A stretch of DNA of 64,000 bases from Epiperipatus broadwayi (GCA_028023455.1 JAQFVV010000003.1:22382001-22446000), one strand, 5' to 3'; positions 38,101 through 52,060 are shown, counted from the stretch's first letter. The notes: generated from the sequence alone by a model not told the origin. Numbers and translations: made by a program.

Positions 38101-41100
38101 TTGAACAATTGTATGAATTTAAAACTGATACAGTACTTTTTTTGTCATTTCTCATATATTTTTTTAAATCAATAAATCATGACTTAGAAATAAAGATTAT
38201 GGATTTGCAGAGAATATTTTAAAACAATATCATTTATTAAAAAAATAAAAGAAATTATCCACATTTAAAAGATATTATAGACTCTCATCATATTTTGGAA
38301 GTACCTATCTATGTGAATTATCACTTTCTTATATGAATGTAATTAAATTAAAATATCAAACTCGATTTAATAAATGAACATTTTGAGAATTATTTGTCTC
38401 AATCTTTATGATCCAATAAATGCTAAATGGAATCTCAAATATCTCACTAAAATCATAATTAAAAGTAAATGATTTACTTATTTTCCATTTCTTCATTAAG
38501 TTATATATTTAAATTGTTTTATTGTTATACTTTATTTGATTATTATTTGAAATACATTTTACTATCCATTCTTAGATATATATTGAATTTAAAAAACTTT
38601 CAAAAATGAAAATGGATTTTGCCATTAAGAACATCAACATTTAATGTTTGGAAAGATTCCACATCTATAAAAAGTAAAAATTAAAAAAAAAAAAGGTCAT
38701 AAAGATAGTTAATCATATCACAATTATGAAGATAAAATAGCTTTTACTTCTAAAAAGGTTGTCAACTGCTAGTTTATTTATATATGTAAAGTCATTTCAT
38801 TTTACATCATTTATTTGTATAGATGGAAATTTATGAAGAATCTACAAAAAATAAAAACAAATGAGAAAGAAGAATTCAAACATAATTGTCTTTGAAAAAT
38901 ACAATAAGAATAGAAAAATTTGGAGAAAGTTATCAAACTGATAAATACAATTTGCCTTGCAATAGCTAATTAATAGTAATCAATTTTATTTCTAATTCTA
39001 TCCCATTATGATATTTTTATATACCTTCATATTCTTCTCCTCAACTTCCAATCTTCTTTTATTCTTTTGCAAATATTTTAAGATTTTAAATCCATATATT
39101 AAAATCCATTTGATCAACGCTTCATGTGTGTCACATTTTCTATTTTTAATTTCTTTTCTCCAAAATAAAATATAGAATGAACTTAAGTGGTCTATTTAGT
39201 CAATCCTATTTTTAATCCTTGCTAAACATACAGAAAGTTATTTATTCATAAACTGAGTGATAATGGTTTATTGTCCTTAATTTCTTAAGCTATGCTAATT
39301 TCACATTTACATATATATATTATAATGAAGATTTTTCATGATTGTAAGATGAAAAAAAAAACTTTTTCGGGTCATACTGTGCATTAGTTTTCTGTGTAGG
39401 TATTATTCTATTCAGCACATAAACAATTTGGTTTAATGTTTCTAAAATTTCCAAAAAGGCTGTTATTTATCAAAACAAAAAATTGTTTTGCTGAATGGAG
39501 ATTGCCAACAGTTTGATAAAATCACATTCATCTTTGTCAAGGCTAAAATTGTAATGAAGAATTGTTGTGTTTTAAGTAATCTTAACAATCATAATCTCAT
39601 TATTATCTGGACACAGATGAACATGATTTTATCGAACTTTTGGCAATCTAATTTTCAGTGAAAAAATTTCTGTTTCAGATAGATTAAACCTATTTTAGAA
39701 ATTTTAAAAGGATTTATTTGGGTACTGGATGAAATAATTTTTTTACACAGCAAATTAATACACAATAAAATCTAAAAAGTTTTTATTTTCATATATATAA
39801 TACTCAAAGTTATTATTTCCATTATTAAGCTGTTTTTAGACTTTTTGAATTTTCTTTTTTAGATTTAATATTTATGACAATCATGTAAATAACCTAGTAA
39901 TGATATATTTGAGGATTAAGAGTAAAAAGCAGTTTTTTTTTTTAACATAACCAATTATATAATTTACGAGTATACTCTAAAGAATGGTTATTAATGTGAA
40001 AGGACTTGGCACAGCTGATGAAAAAAATTCCCTTAAAATTGTTCCTGTAAACCTATATTTACATAACTGTCAGTTCAAAAGTTAACTGTGTATCTTATTT
40101 CACAATAAGCTCAATAGAAAATGCTTTTATTGGGACTGTTTATTAGAAATATGACAAAATACAAAATGATTTTATTATCCAAATTAAAGAACTAAAGAAA
40201 TGACATACATTGTATAAGTAAAAACAACGATGCATAATTAACAAAGGTAATAAGTTAGAGTAAAATATGAATAAAAACATTATGATGCATTTGCAAAATT
40301 CACTTTCATTATCTTTTTAACAAATAAAACATAGGAATAGTTAGAAAAAAATATTTAAAAGAAAAGTGTAGCAGCTGCTAAATTGGTTTTTGTAATTTTA
40401 CAAGAGAAACGAGATATGAATAATTGGAGAGAATTAGAGGAAATTTATATAGAAAATAAGCATACTTTTTAACAGTAATAGAAAATACATTTGAGAGATG
40501 AAGTAGTGCCATATTTTCAGAAGTGTAAATGGAGAGAATAAATAGATGTGTTGTCATGGAGTAAAGGAGTTATTATTAGGCAAAAATTTTAGAAAAAAAA
40601 TATAATGCGTATATGTGAATCAATAAGAAAAAAAAAGAAGATATAGAATAACATATTTATATTTTTCTTTTCATATGTTTGGAATAACATATTTAACTAT
40701 TGAAAATGTAGATAATTTGAAAGAGTGAAACAAGAATATTTAGAATTATTTATATAAAGATATAGATGAATTAAAAACAAAAATATGAATGTCATATTAA
40801 GAAGTGGAGAATTTATATGATTGAGGAAAACTTTATATTATTTTGTTGATTATGTGCTGGCAGGTAAAAAGAAACTAAAAAGATATAAAGAATTAAAATA
40901 GTCATAAAGAAGAAAAAATATAGTAATAATAATAATTTTATGATAATAAAATTAGTGGTTTCTAAAGCCTTAAATATAAAACTTCATAGAAAAAAATGAT
41001 AGATATAGATTGAGCACATTTAATAATACCTTGGAAAGAAGTATTTACAAACAGAAAATTTAACAGAAGAGTGGAATAATATAGTATATAAGCTTGCAAA

Positions 41101-42235
41101 AAAATAATTATTTAAAATTAATAGAACTAATAAAAAATAGAGTAAAAATATTTTAGAAAGTCTAACAAAAAAAAAACATATGGAAAAGATTAAAAATATA
41201 TTAAAACCAAAATGGGAGAGGAGATAAAAATGGATAGTCATTTGAAAAGAAAAAAAATAGTGAGAATAGAACTAAAGTAAAAATGGAATGATCATAAAAT
41301 TTAACTGCAAAAAAATTACAAATGCAAGAAGGGTTTAAAAGAAACAAAACAAAAAAAAATTACACTGTTAAATGCAGAGGAAAAAGAGAATGTGAGAATA
41401 TAGAACTTTAAAAAATAATGAGTTTGTAATAAAAATCTTGACTGTTGGAAAATTAGTAGGTGAATATTATTCATTAGAGAGATGATATCAAAAGAAAAGA
41501 TGGATAGTGATAAATGTAGAAATGGATAAGCATTAAGTAAATAAAACAGCAATAACAAAGAACTAAGGTGTAGCAACTGAAATATTAATAGATGAAGAAA
41601 AATAAGTGCAAGGATTGATTTAAGAGAAAGGTTTAAAAACAGAAATAATAACTTCCATAATTTATAAAATATTTATTATATATTAAAGGATAAAATTATG
41701 AATTGGATGATAAGAGCATACAATCCTAAGAGAGATTTACAATAAAGTTTGTTCAGAAAGTTGACTAAAAGATAGCTTATGAAAATTAAATAATTATTTA
41801 TAACATTTTTTATATAGTGCAAAGTTTTATGATAGGATAGACAGAAATGGATTGTGGATCAATCTTGTAAATATAGAAATAAATTTAAAGTTACTAAGAA
41901 TGATAAAGGATTTTTACGAGGATAATTTTTAAGAAATATAAAATTAATGGAAGTTGAATGTGGTCTTAGATATGATATAGAATAAAATATCTTTATATAA
42001 CAATGAAATAATATATGACAATAGCTGTAATATAATCATATAATCATAACATAAAAAAGCTCTTTTAGGCAATTTTTAATTTTTGCCCTATTCAATATGT
42101 CTTGGTTAACTACAAAAAACAACCTATATTGAATGCATAGCGACATCTATTGGCTGTATATAAAATTAACCCAAGCCTACAATTATGCTTTAATATCTTT
42201 ATAATAACACACATTATATAACCCTCCATTCATTT

Positions 42236-42560
42236 TTAATTATTAGTTAAATTAAGTGACATTTTACAAATGCTCATATAATTATTTCTGTCATAATTAA
42301 TGTAATTAGTTTCATATATCTTTCTTTTATTAATTTCTTTAATATAATTTAATGGGGTTATATTCATAACACAATCTATTCTATGTCTATATTTTAAGCA
42401 GTGAACATATAATGCAGATCTGTCATCTCTCCTATTAATAGCATTATTATGTTCTTTAGCCCTTTCTTCTAATTGTTTCAATGTATGTCCATAATAAACC
42501 CCACAAGTAATTTTATATACTATATCTTTTTATATTTTATATCATCTTTTATTTTATAAT
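42236..42560 (-). pseudogene. GIY-YIG endonuclease domain of the Penelope-like element (frameshifted)
   Basis: DIVYKITCGVYY / GHTLKQLEERAKEHNNAINRRDDRSALYVHCLKYRHRID. Confidence 0.85.
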
Positions 42561-42859
42561 TCTCTACTAATATATCAAGATTTTTACTATTTTATCATCC
42601 TATTTTAATATTTGTATCTATATAATTTTTATTTTTAAAAAATGTATGATAAATTTTAAGAACATATGAAAGTTTTACCCATTTTATATTGTCTGATTCA
42701 CTATTATTACCTAAATTATATGGTTTATAATTAAATAATATATTTCTAATACTTCTAGGGTTATATCCATAACTAGTATACAGTTTTATAAATTGCTCTT
42801 TTTGTAAAGTAGCTATCTTTCTATCTGTGTTATATTTGTCATTTTTATTTTTAAAATTT

Positions 42860-43498
42860 TTAATAATTACCATTTTTTGTATCAATGCCTGTTGCGAATC
42901 CATAGAAAATTTTTCTTAATTTATCTTCTTTAATGAAGTGTTTTAATATAATTATGTTATTATCATCTACCTCTATCTCTACATCTAAATACTTTATTTT
43001 AACATCAATTTCTATGATTGTAAATTTTATATTATCCATATTATTATTAAAATCATTATAAGTCTTCTTTATAACTCTTTTATTACCAATTATTAATATA
43101 TCATCAACATACCTAAAGTAATGTATTATATCTTGATTTTCTATCCTATTATTAACAATTTTCATTTCCATTTCATTGATAAATATCGATAACATTAATC
43201 TGCTAATTGCACACCCCATTACCCATCCCTTATGTATACTCCAATAGTCACTATTATATTTAAAATATAAACTATTATGTATTGAAGTTAAACCTTCTAT
43301 AATATTAATCACCTCTGTATCATTAATATGCATATATAATTTCTGTATTAATATGTCTATACTTTTTATTCTTGGAATGTTAGGATACATCAGCTCAATA
43401 TCCATTACAAATATACTTTGGTTTCTATTCAATTTTGTCATATTTAACTTATTTATAATAGCCTCTATATTTTTAATGCAAAACTCCCTGAAAACCAA
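42860..43498 (-). pseudogene. Penelope-like reverse transcriptase fragment
   Basis: MDIELMYPNIP, YFKYNSDYW.IHKGWVMGCAIS..MLSIFINEME and YFRYVDDILII. The frame shifts into ORF 42595-42903. Confidence 0.9.
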
Positions 43499-44087
43499 TA
43501 ATGCTTACTATCCACTTATTTAAATACTTACAAAATCTCTGCAGAACAAAATCAGTAAAATTAAACAATAATGTCAATGGATTCTCTTTATGAGTTTTAT
43601 TATTTTTTTATATTATTTTGTTGTTATATAAAGATATTTTATTCTATATCATATCTAGAATTTATTTTTAATTTGCAAAAGCAACATAAATGATTTAGTT
43701 CCTTGTATTTTAGATGTTTTAATAATTAATTAAATGAGGAAAAAGCTAAGATGGGAGATATACTTCTTGAAAAAGTATAAGAGTATAGATATTTAGATTC
43801 TTTGTTAAATGGAAAAAGCAATTTCAAAAAAAGTTGGAAATTAAGTTTGAGATAAAAAGCAAAAAATAGGACTGATTTTTTTAAAAAGGGCATTTTCCCC
43901 TCATATACTAAATATGAGATATGTCAAATTATTTGGAAAGGAATAATAGCATCTGCTTTAATATTTGGAAATGAGGAATTTTAGATTGGCCAAAATTTTT
44001 AGATAGAATTTTTTTAAAAAAAGATGGATATACATTATGTAGTAAATTGCGAATTGCAAACAAGACTATTCAAGGAAAAACAAAGTA

Positions 44088-46430
44088 GATTCTTGGACAG
44101 TTAGCATTGCTGGACCAGAAGCTATCTAGGGTGGGTTCCGGATTCAAAAAGGAAGCAGGTCACTACCTCCTCCATACATATCAATGGCAAACTTCATATA
44201 GGAGAAGACATGTTGATCATCATAAGAAATCATTTCAAGACAAAGCTTCAAAAAACAGAGATCCAGCATAATAGCAGCACTCCTATCAGTGACAATGCTC
44301 ATCATCATAAATTAAGGCCAACACCATTCTAAATAAAAAAATATCCAACTCCTGACAGAACCCAACCTGGACCACATGCAAAACCCAAGTTCCTTCTACT
44401 GCACCTCAGTCACTACCCCATACCCAGAAATTTTAACATGCTGAATGAACTGGCTGGAGGTTGCAAAGTCATTGAGGGACTATATCCAGTCTCGTTAGTC
44501 CCATTTCTGAAGAAGGATCAACCACTATTGAGCTCGCAAGCCTTAAGCCTATCTCGATGACATCTCTCCTTATAAAAATAATAGTCTATGATTAAAGATT
44601 CGACCAAGATTTTATTATTCCCAGTTTATCTCCCTCACAGTTTGCATGTAAGAGTCAGTCTACAATTGATGCAGTCTCTATTTTCAAAATAATGGTCAAA
44701 ACATGTGAGGTATCAGAGAAATTCCAGGCCTATAGCTGTCCAACTGGACATTCAGGTTGCCATGCTCAGTAAGGATTGATCTACTCATCGGCATACTAAG
44801 AACCTTTTCTATTCCTGAAACCCTTTTATCCATCGTGGAGAACCTCCTTTGCAACAGGAAAATACTTGGTATGATGGATGGCAGAATCGCTCTGGGATTT
44901 TGCCCGACATTTCTATACCCCATGGATCTCTGCTGATCACATTATTATTTACTGCATTCATCAACCCACTGGTCCTAAAAATTGAAAGAGATCTCCCTGG
45001 GGTGTACATTCCCAGGCTTGGAAGGGAGGTAAAATGCCTGGCATATGTTGATAATGTAGTCATCCTCCCATCTACAGATTGCCTACCAATGCTGGAAGAC
45101 AAAATGCACTGGTATTCAGAACAATATCAGCTAATTTTCAATCGAGATAAGGATGGCCTGGAAATTGTCATCTGGAAAGAAAATTCAAATACCCTTTCTA
45201 GCCAAACTGCAGAAGTTCTTTGGGTTCCCATTCATGCTTTCTCCTCAGGACATGATAATCCAATTACAAAACATGCTTTAAAAGGGCATAACAGATACTA
45301 TTAAATCACTCTCAGGTATTTACCTGTCTTTCTATGGCAAGGTCATACTACTCAACTTGTTAATATTCCCCAAAATAAATTATTTCCTTCCAATCATTCT
45401 TCCTACCAAGACCTCCATAGCAAAAATTAATTCCCTATGCTCCAGATTCCTGTGGAGAAAGAAAACTGTCACAATCAGCCTAGGAAGACATGCCTACCTA
45501 AAAAACTCAATGGACTAGGACTACATACCATCTCTTCCTTTCCCTTTCAGAGAGCACACAACATGCTTGTCACAATTAAAAAAATAATCTCAGATTCTTT
45601 ATCAATCCCTAGTTGCTCCCACTGATACCCCACCACCTCATGGTTGATCCCCACCCTGGACCGATATGTTTGTCAATTTGGTTGGGAGTGCTGGAATTAA
45701 TGTGGGGATGATTGGGAATAAGCTCAAATATTGGGACACTCATCAACTCTTCTGTCAATCCTTCCTGATAAACCCCTCTCAAGGTTAACAAAGAATACAT
45801 CATCAAACACTTTAAACTATGGAAGCTTGAGGCTAAATATCTATACTTTATTTTAAAAATAAATGTACATTCCCTACTGACTAATGATTTCTTGATGAAT
45901 AAATGAGGCTTTGAAAACATACATACTGAATGTCAAATGTTTAATGGTGAAAGTAAAACACTGCAGCATTTCCTATAAGGGTGAAAAACTCTACAACAGT
46001 ATAGATCGTTTATCAACTGCTGGATATCATATAAGGACAGAATTTTCAATATTCAAGACTGTATTCAGACTGGCATTTTCTCAGAAATAAGATTCTCTGT
46101 CATGCTGAACTATTCACTGTGGATCCTGAGGGCAATGTCACATTTGGTAGAAACTCAGGGAATCTAAGTAATTTTTTGGGTATTATCAAAACATTAAAAA
46201 CAAGGAACTGCAAAGTTTCCTTTGCTAAAATCCATGATGATGCATGGAATTTATTAAATATTCCTGTATCCCAACCATCCACAGCAAATTTGTAAAATCA
46301 TCATTACATAACAATTATATATATACCAACTATATTGGTCATTTCTTGACACCTAAATTGCAAATTATAATGTACCTTTTTGTTTTATTGGATGAATAAA
46401 ATTCATCATTGAATTAAAAAAAAAAAAAAA
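44088..46430 (+). mobile_element. 5'-truncated Tx1/L1-clade LINE with poly(A) tail
   Basis: GSLLITLLFTAFINPLVLKI..KCLAYVDNV, SFYGKVILLNLLIFPKINY, FLWRKK..PKKLNGLGL and C-terminal C..ESKTLQHFL. AATAAA at 46395, then an A15 run to 46430. Candidate TSD AACAAAGTA (44079-44087 / 46435-46443). Confidence 0.85.
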
Positions 46431-48094
46431 CAAGAACAAAGTAAACTTATTTTTTAATGAGGGAAATTAAAAACATGAAAATCATTATATTAAAGCAAAT
46501 AAATTAATAAAAATAATGTTCAATTAAATTATGTAAAAGGGATAAGAAACATCGTGAACTGAAGATGTTTTATAAAATAGTAAATTAATAGATAATTTAT
46601 TTCTATGGATTATATAAGAAATGAAATAAATAGAGCACATATTGCAAATACATAATTACAAGAGATAAGTAACATAATTATATATATATATAAGGGATAA
46701 ATATATAAGAATATATTACTAAATACATAATTAAGAGTAATGGGGAAAAAGAATAAATAAATTAGAGAAAAAATATATATAATTATTGAAAATGAATATG
46801 AATAAAAACAGAGTTGAGAGGTATATAAGATGGACTATTGTAAAATATAATGGTTTCCCAGACAGAAAATATTTAACTTAATTAGCAAACTCTTTGGGAT
46901 TGTAGACAGTTTACAGGAATATAATTTTATCTAATAAAATAAGATTTTGCATAATATGCTTTTATAAATTATATGTAAATAGAAATATTAATAATGCAAA
47001 ATATTTATTAAAGTTTATGTTGTAATTCTCAATATTGATATGTTAGAACAAATTGGGCTAAACAGAATGATAAAAACTCAACTGATAATGATCAAATATT
47101 ATCCCATTACTTTCTAGTTTCACTCCATCTACATTTGGGTGAAGAATTTAATATATATAATAAATTAATATGACCAGTGCATATTTTTTCATTTAGTTAT
47201 AAATACAGATATATAAATTGACATAATAAATGCAACTTATTATTTACAATGTCATTAAATAATAAAATATAGTAAAAAATTTGATTTGTGACTCTTTAGC
47301 TATATTTTTTGCTTTTATAGATTGAAATATATATATATTCAATGTTATAAATTTCAGGACATGAAAAGAAATGTCTTTTTGTAAAATATATATACTATAC
47401 CAAATTTTTCATTAATGATTCATTTAGAATTTTATGACATTTCAAGTTAAAAACGACTAACTTTATAAATTCAAAAATGATAAAAAATAATTTCTACATA
47501 TAAGAATGTCAGTTTACAAATAATTAAAAACAATTTTTTAAACTTGAATGACATTTTAAAAAAATTGCTTTTTTATTGATTAATAATATTAAGTACAAAA
47601 AAGAGTTAAAAAAAAATGTCTGCAATAAATAAACATTACAATTCTTTTTGACCATATAAATAATCTTTTTGAGATATTCTTGGTAAACTACTTGATATTA
47701 ATTGGGAGATTCTGACAGGAATGAAAAATCAAGAATTAATATTGTATTATATACAAATAGAATTATAATAAAAAAATATCTTACAGAAAAAGTCAAAATA
47801 TAATTGGCATCATTCTATATAAATTTTCACCTACCGGTTAAGATTTTAAAAGTGCTATTAAAAAAATGGTAAACAATTATAAAGAAATATAATTAAAACA
47901 TCAGTAATCCGAAACTCTGGTTCAAGAGCATTTTTAGATTTGTGAATAGATCTATGACTTATTGTAAATCCAAAGTATATTAAGATAAAAAAAAAACCCA
48001 GGAAACTCTCTAGAATTAGGCATATTAATTTCTTATTAAAATATTCCAAAATCTAATATCTTTTTATTTTAATTTTTAGATAGTCGTTTATTGT

Positions 48095-48562
48095 CTAGAT
48101 ATACTAAACAACCTCCATACTTCCCCACTCTTTTTAAATTCATATAAATAAAGATACAATAAAAGACAAATGACCCTCAAGATGCATTTTGTGCTGAATC
48201 AGCACTCATCAGTTGGCCCAGGTCACTATCTCCCATATATATCTCTATTATATGAAGAGTATTTATCTATAGTAAATTGTTACATTTTTATTTTCAACTG
48301 TCAAACTCACTCCACTCACAACTTTGACACCATCCATCTCAGATAAATACAATAATGATTATTACTAATCATTTTCTAAACTAGATCATCTCTAGCACAG
48401 ATATAAACTTTAAACCTCAGTTAAAGATTAATAAAACACACACATGGAATTATTCACTTTTTCTCTTTCCCATGTATAATATCTTTATAGATATACTAAA
48501 CAACCTCCATACTTCCCCATTCTTTTTAAATTCATATAAATAAAGATACAATAAAAGTCAAA
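48095..48562 (-). mobile_element. Family B HHR repeat, about 1.2 units (392-bp period)
   Basis: AGATATACTAAACAACC at 48097 and 48489. Homologous to 20925-21606. Confidence 0.85.
48174..48219 (-). ncRNA. Family B hammerhead with G12>A, probably inactive
   Basis: Minus strand: CCAA CUGAUGA GUGCUGA U UCAGCAC AAAA UGCA UC UUGAGGGUC. Confidence 0.75.
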
Positions 48563-50754
48563 AATCTTATAATATAAATTATTTACTTTCTAAATGATGT
48601 TTTTTCTCAATCTGTATCAATATATAATTTTTTTATTCACTATACTTAAACTACAACCATATTTTCTCATCATTATTAAGGGTTGTTTTATTTACAAAAG
48701 CATATGAAATTAATGTCTTAAAAATATATATCATGACATTTACATCATGTAGGTATGTGTGTCTGAAAACTTAAGAATATAAAATAATTAAAAAAAAATT
48801 CTGATTAACTTTTTGTCAGAATCAAGAAAAAACACATTTGTTTATATTAAACCATATATCTAATGTAACTACATAATTATAATTTGAAAAAAATAAAATT
48901 GTTTCAAATATTTTACTAAATGTATTTTTTTAAAATATAAGGCTCGTTTAAATTTTTTTTAAAAAAAGATAAATAACTTTACACTAGCAGATTATCAAAT
49001 GTACTTACTAATTAGTGAATTAATAATTTTTATTAGTTAACAGCAGATAGAAAACAGCATTGTGAGAGTGGTGTAGTAAAAATTAAACTAAAGAAATATT
49101 ATTTAGTACTAATTAGTGATTTTGAAAACTAAATCTAACTTTATAAAAAAATATTTGGAAAAAAAACCCAATTTTTGAATAGCAGATTGTGTTTTCCAAG
49201 AAAATTTATAAAAGATAGAACAAATTAAATTGTTAATACTAAAATGGAATGAGAATTAGAATTAACAAAGCGTAACACAGCAGCCAGGAGCTTAACAGTC
49301 TTAAAACAAATACTGGATGTATTTGTGTTTCATAAGTAGAGTTTATAATTATTAAAACAAACTCATTTTTAACCTTTTATCCCTTACCTTCCTATTTTTG
49401 CTATGTTTTTTTCAATTCTAAAGTTAAAATGACCACTTATTTATAAGAGACTGCTGATGATTTACATTGGAAAGTTAGTTAGGTTAACTATTGGTTAGCT
49501 ACCTGAAAAAATTTCCTAGTGCTTTCACAACTATAAAAAATGAACAGCATAAGAAATAGTGGTCAAGTGATGTTTAGTGGTTTAACTATAAAAAAATAGC
49601 TGCTGTTTCGATTGCCATTGAACAAGATTAAGGGTGGTGGTGGTGGTGAATATACATAAAATTATTCCTCTACTGAAATAAATCCTTTGTTGATGGTGCT
49701 GCTAATATAAAAAAAAAAATATTAAAGCAAACCAATTTATTTATTCAAAACATTTTGATTACAAATAATTTTTTAATTTGTGTTTCAATAGAATCAAAAA
49801 AACTAATCTTAAAATTTGATCCATATTTATATCCCATTGTTTAATATATATGAAGTTTAGGCATTTGACTGACAGAAAGATCCATAAACTAGACTAAAAT
49901 GGGGGAGGGGAGCAAGAAATCATTTCTAATGACAACTATTATGTGTGACCATCGTAATCTTATACCTAATTATCTTTATATTTGAGCAGAAAAATCAACA
50001 TGATTACATATTTTAAATTAGTAAAAATTATATATAAAATTATAATAAAGACGCATACAAAATATAATTTTCTACTAATTTAAAACACACCAGTAGGGCA
50101 ATTTTTCAAGCAGTGCTAAAACCTGCTCAGCATAGTTGAGTATACTGGGAAAGTGATAGTTCTGAAAGTTAAAAGAATCAGTTTTCTACTAGTTTAGTCA
50201 ATTGAATGGAACTGTTTGGTTCAAATGTCATTTAGATACGTGAATATCCTGAGCAAATTATCATGCGATCATTATAAGTAATTTTACAAAAATAAAAGTT
50301 TTAGAAATATTTCTCCAAAAACAAAAAATTAAATAAATAAAATACGTTTATTTTTATCGTTTAAAAGTAGTCAATTGTAACAACTGGTTATACGAAAAAA
50401 GTTTTACCGTATAAAAATACATGGAAAACAGGTGTATATATCTGTATTTAATGACTTTTTTTTTTAAAAAAAAAACAACAACAAACTTTCAGCATTTGCG
50501 GAGGTTTGTTTTGAATGATTAAGTGCTCGAGAGTCATGTGACATTTGGGCACAAGAAATAGTGTCGTTTAAGTTTCAATCCAGGAACATATAGCTCTCAA
50601 ATCTATATCAGTAAGCTTAACTGCATACGACATTTATGACAAGCAGTGTGAAACCCTCTTTCAGTGACAAGAGAGATATTTTATTAAAATAATCGAAACA
50701 TTTGTTGCTTGGGAATCCATAAGAAACTCAGTCATGGAGAAAAGGAGTTTGATC

Positions 50755-50800
50755 TGTGAACCTTGAAGCTCCAGTGTCTGCCACTCAGCCACTGCTACTC
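50755..50800 (-). repeat. tRNA-derived SINE head fragment
   Basis: A-box-like TGGCTGAGTGG and B-box-like AGATCAAACTCC on the minus strand. Similar heads near 25170-25235 (-) and 60070-60140 (-); a SINE-like body near 59070-59280 (+). Confidence 0.5.
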
Positions 50801-50943
50801 TGCAATGCGCATTCTTTAGAAATTTACTTTAGTAAAAAACAAATTGTCCAAAACATAGAAGATTAAAATATTTATTGGTATAAAACGATTATAAATTTTT
50901 TTTTAAATACATAAACATGATCAACCAATAAACCCCGACTTAC

Positions 50944-50995
50944 CGGAATGCCAGCAGGAAGTATCATCTATTTCTTTTTTGTTGTTGTTGTTATT
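50944..50995 (-). CDS. Candidate small exon of an unidentified gene
   Basis: AG|NNNNNKKEIDDTSCWHS(G)|GTAAGT. In phase with the candidate exon at 51267-51334. The acceptor is weak. Confidence 0.2.
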
Positions 50996-51266
50996 CTTAC
51001 AAATACTTTGCACTCATGCCGGCATATGTATTAACAAATATAAATTATACATTTTTCATATATAATATGTATACATAAATATAAAAATATTTCTTTATCC
51101 TTAAAACAGATATAAAGTTATATATAATACTAACTCAAAGAAGTGAAATGCGAAATCAATTCAAACACCTAATTGGCAAATCAAACAATTGATAGCTAAA
51201 CTATTTGAATAACAAACAATTCATCTCAGCTCGACTTTTTAACAAGATAAAAGCAAAGTTACATAC

Positions 51267-51334
51267 TCTGAGTTCCGACCCACTCAATGCTTCTTGTAAG
51301 TTGCTGCAGCTCAAACATGTACAAGTTCTTGTAT
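51267..51334 (-). CDS. Candidate small exon of an unidentified gene
   Basis: Strong polypyrimidine acceptor ttttctttttcttttgcttag and GTATGT donor. Open frame TRTCTCLSCSNLQEALSGSELR. Confidence 0.25.
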
Positions 51335-51789
51335 CTAAGCAAAAGAAAAAGAAAATAAAACAATTTTAATGGCTTTTAAATTGCAAACAAAAATATAGAA
51401 GCAACAACAACAAAAAACTTTTATAAAATTTAAAAATGCAAAAATGATTTTAAATATTGCTAATTCAGATTAAATTTGATGCTTGCCTTTTCAGCAATTC
51501 TTAATTAATCAATCAAATGAAATTATTGATCAACAGCCTTGGCCAGAAGGAGAAAATTACAATTTTTCATTCCTCATTTAAACTTTTTTTAAAAAGCTTG
51601 TGTAATAAAAATCAATTTCAGTTATTGATTCGTTAGAACAGTTAAACATGAAATATTTAATGTTCAAATATTAGAAAAATCATTCTTGCAATAACTGTGC
51701 ACCTGAGTGAAAAAATGAATTTTCAAAAGTATACAACCTTGGGTGCGACTATATATAATACGATAAGGCTCCATCTACACAGAGAAATA

Positions 51790-52060
51790 GTAATTAGATT
51801 CTTAAATTCATTATACAGCTAATAATTAACAAAATAATTAATGATACAAATATTCATAGAATCAATGATCATATCTTCTTATCAGTTGTGTTAAGCTCTC
51901 AATATTATCTGTACAATTGCACAGTGAAATATTAAATTCTTAAATTCATTATATAGCTAATTACTAATAAAGTAATTAATGATACAAATATTCACAGAAT
52001 TGATGATTACATCTTCCTACCAGTTGCATTAGGCTCTCAATATTATCATGTACAATTCAA
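51790..52060. repeat. ~140-bp tandem duplication
   Basis: attcttaaattcattat..gctaat..taattaatgatacaaatattca..ctctcaatattatc..gtacaatt occurs twice. Confidence 0.85.

Larger units (their letters stand above)
41967..43657 (-). mobile_element. Penelope-like element (RT + GIY-YIG), 5'-truncated, with an inverted copy of its 3' terminus
   Basis: PLE-type RT and GIY-YIG motifs. Exact 37-bp inverted repeat at 41967-42003 and 43621-43657. Confidence 0.9.
40300..47000 (+). mobile_element. Decayed RTE-like LINE split by two later insertions
   Basis: IDYVLAGKK (APE-like, ~40850). SNINDLV and GDILLEKV.EYRYLDS (~43690-43800). RAHIA and WTIVKYNGFPDRK (~46630-46870). Motifs are in canonical order across the insertions; boundaries approximate. 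Confidence 0.55.
50300..51780. promoter_or_regulatory. CpG-retaining island, possible unmethylated promoter-like region
   Basis: Many CG dinucleotides (gcgga, ctcgag, gcgcat, ccgact, accgga, gccggc, ttccgacc) in a window otherwise nearly devoid of them outside young TEs. Confidence 0.35.
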
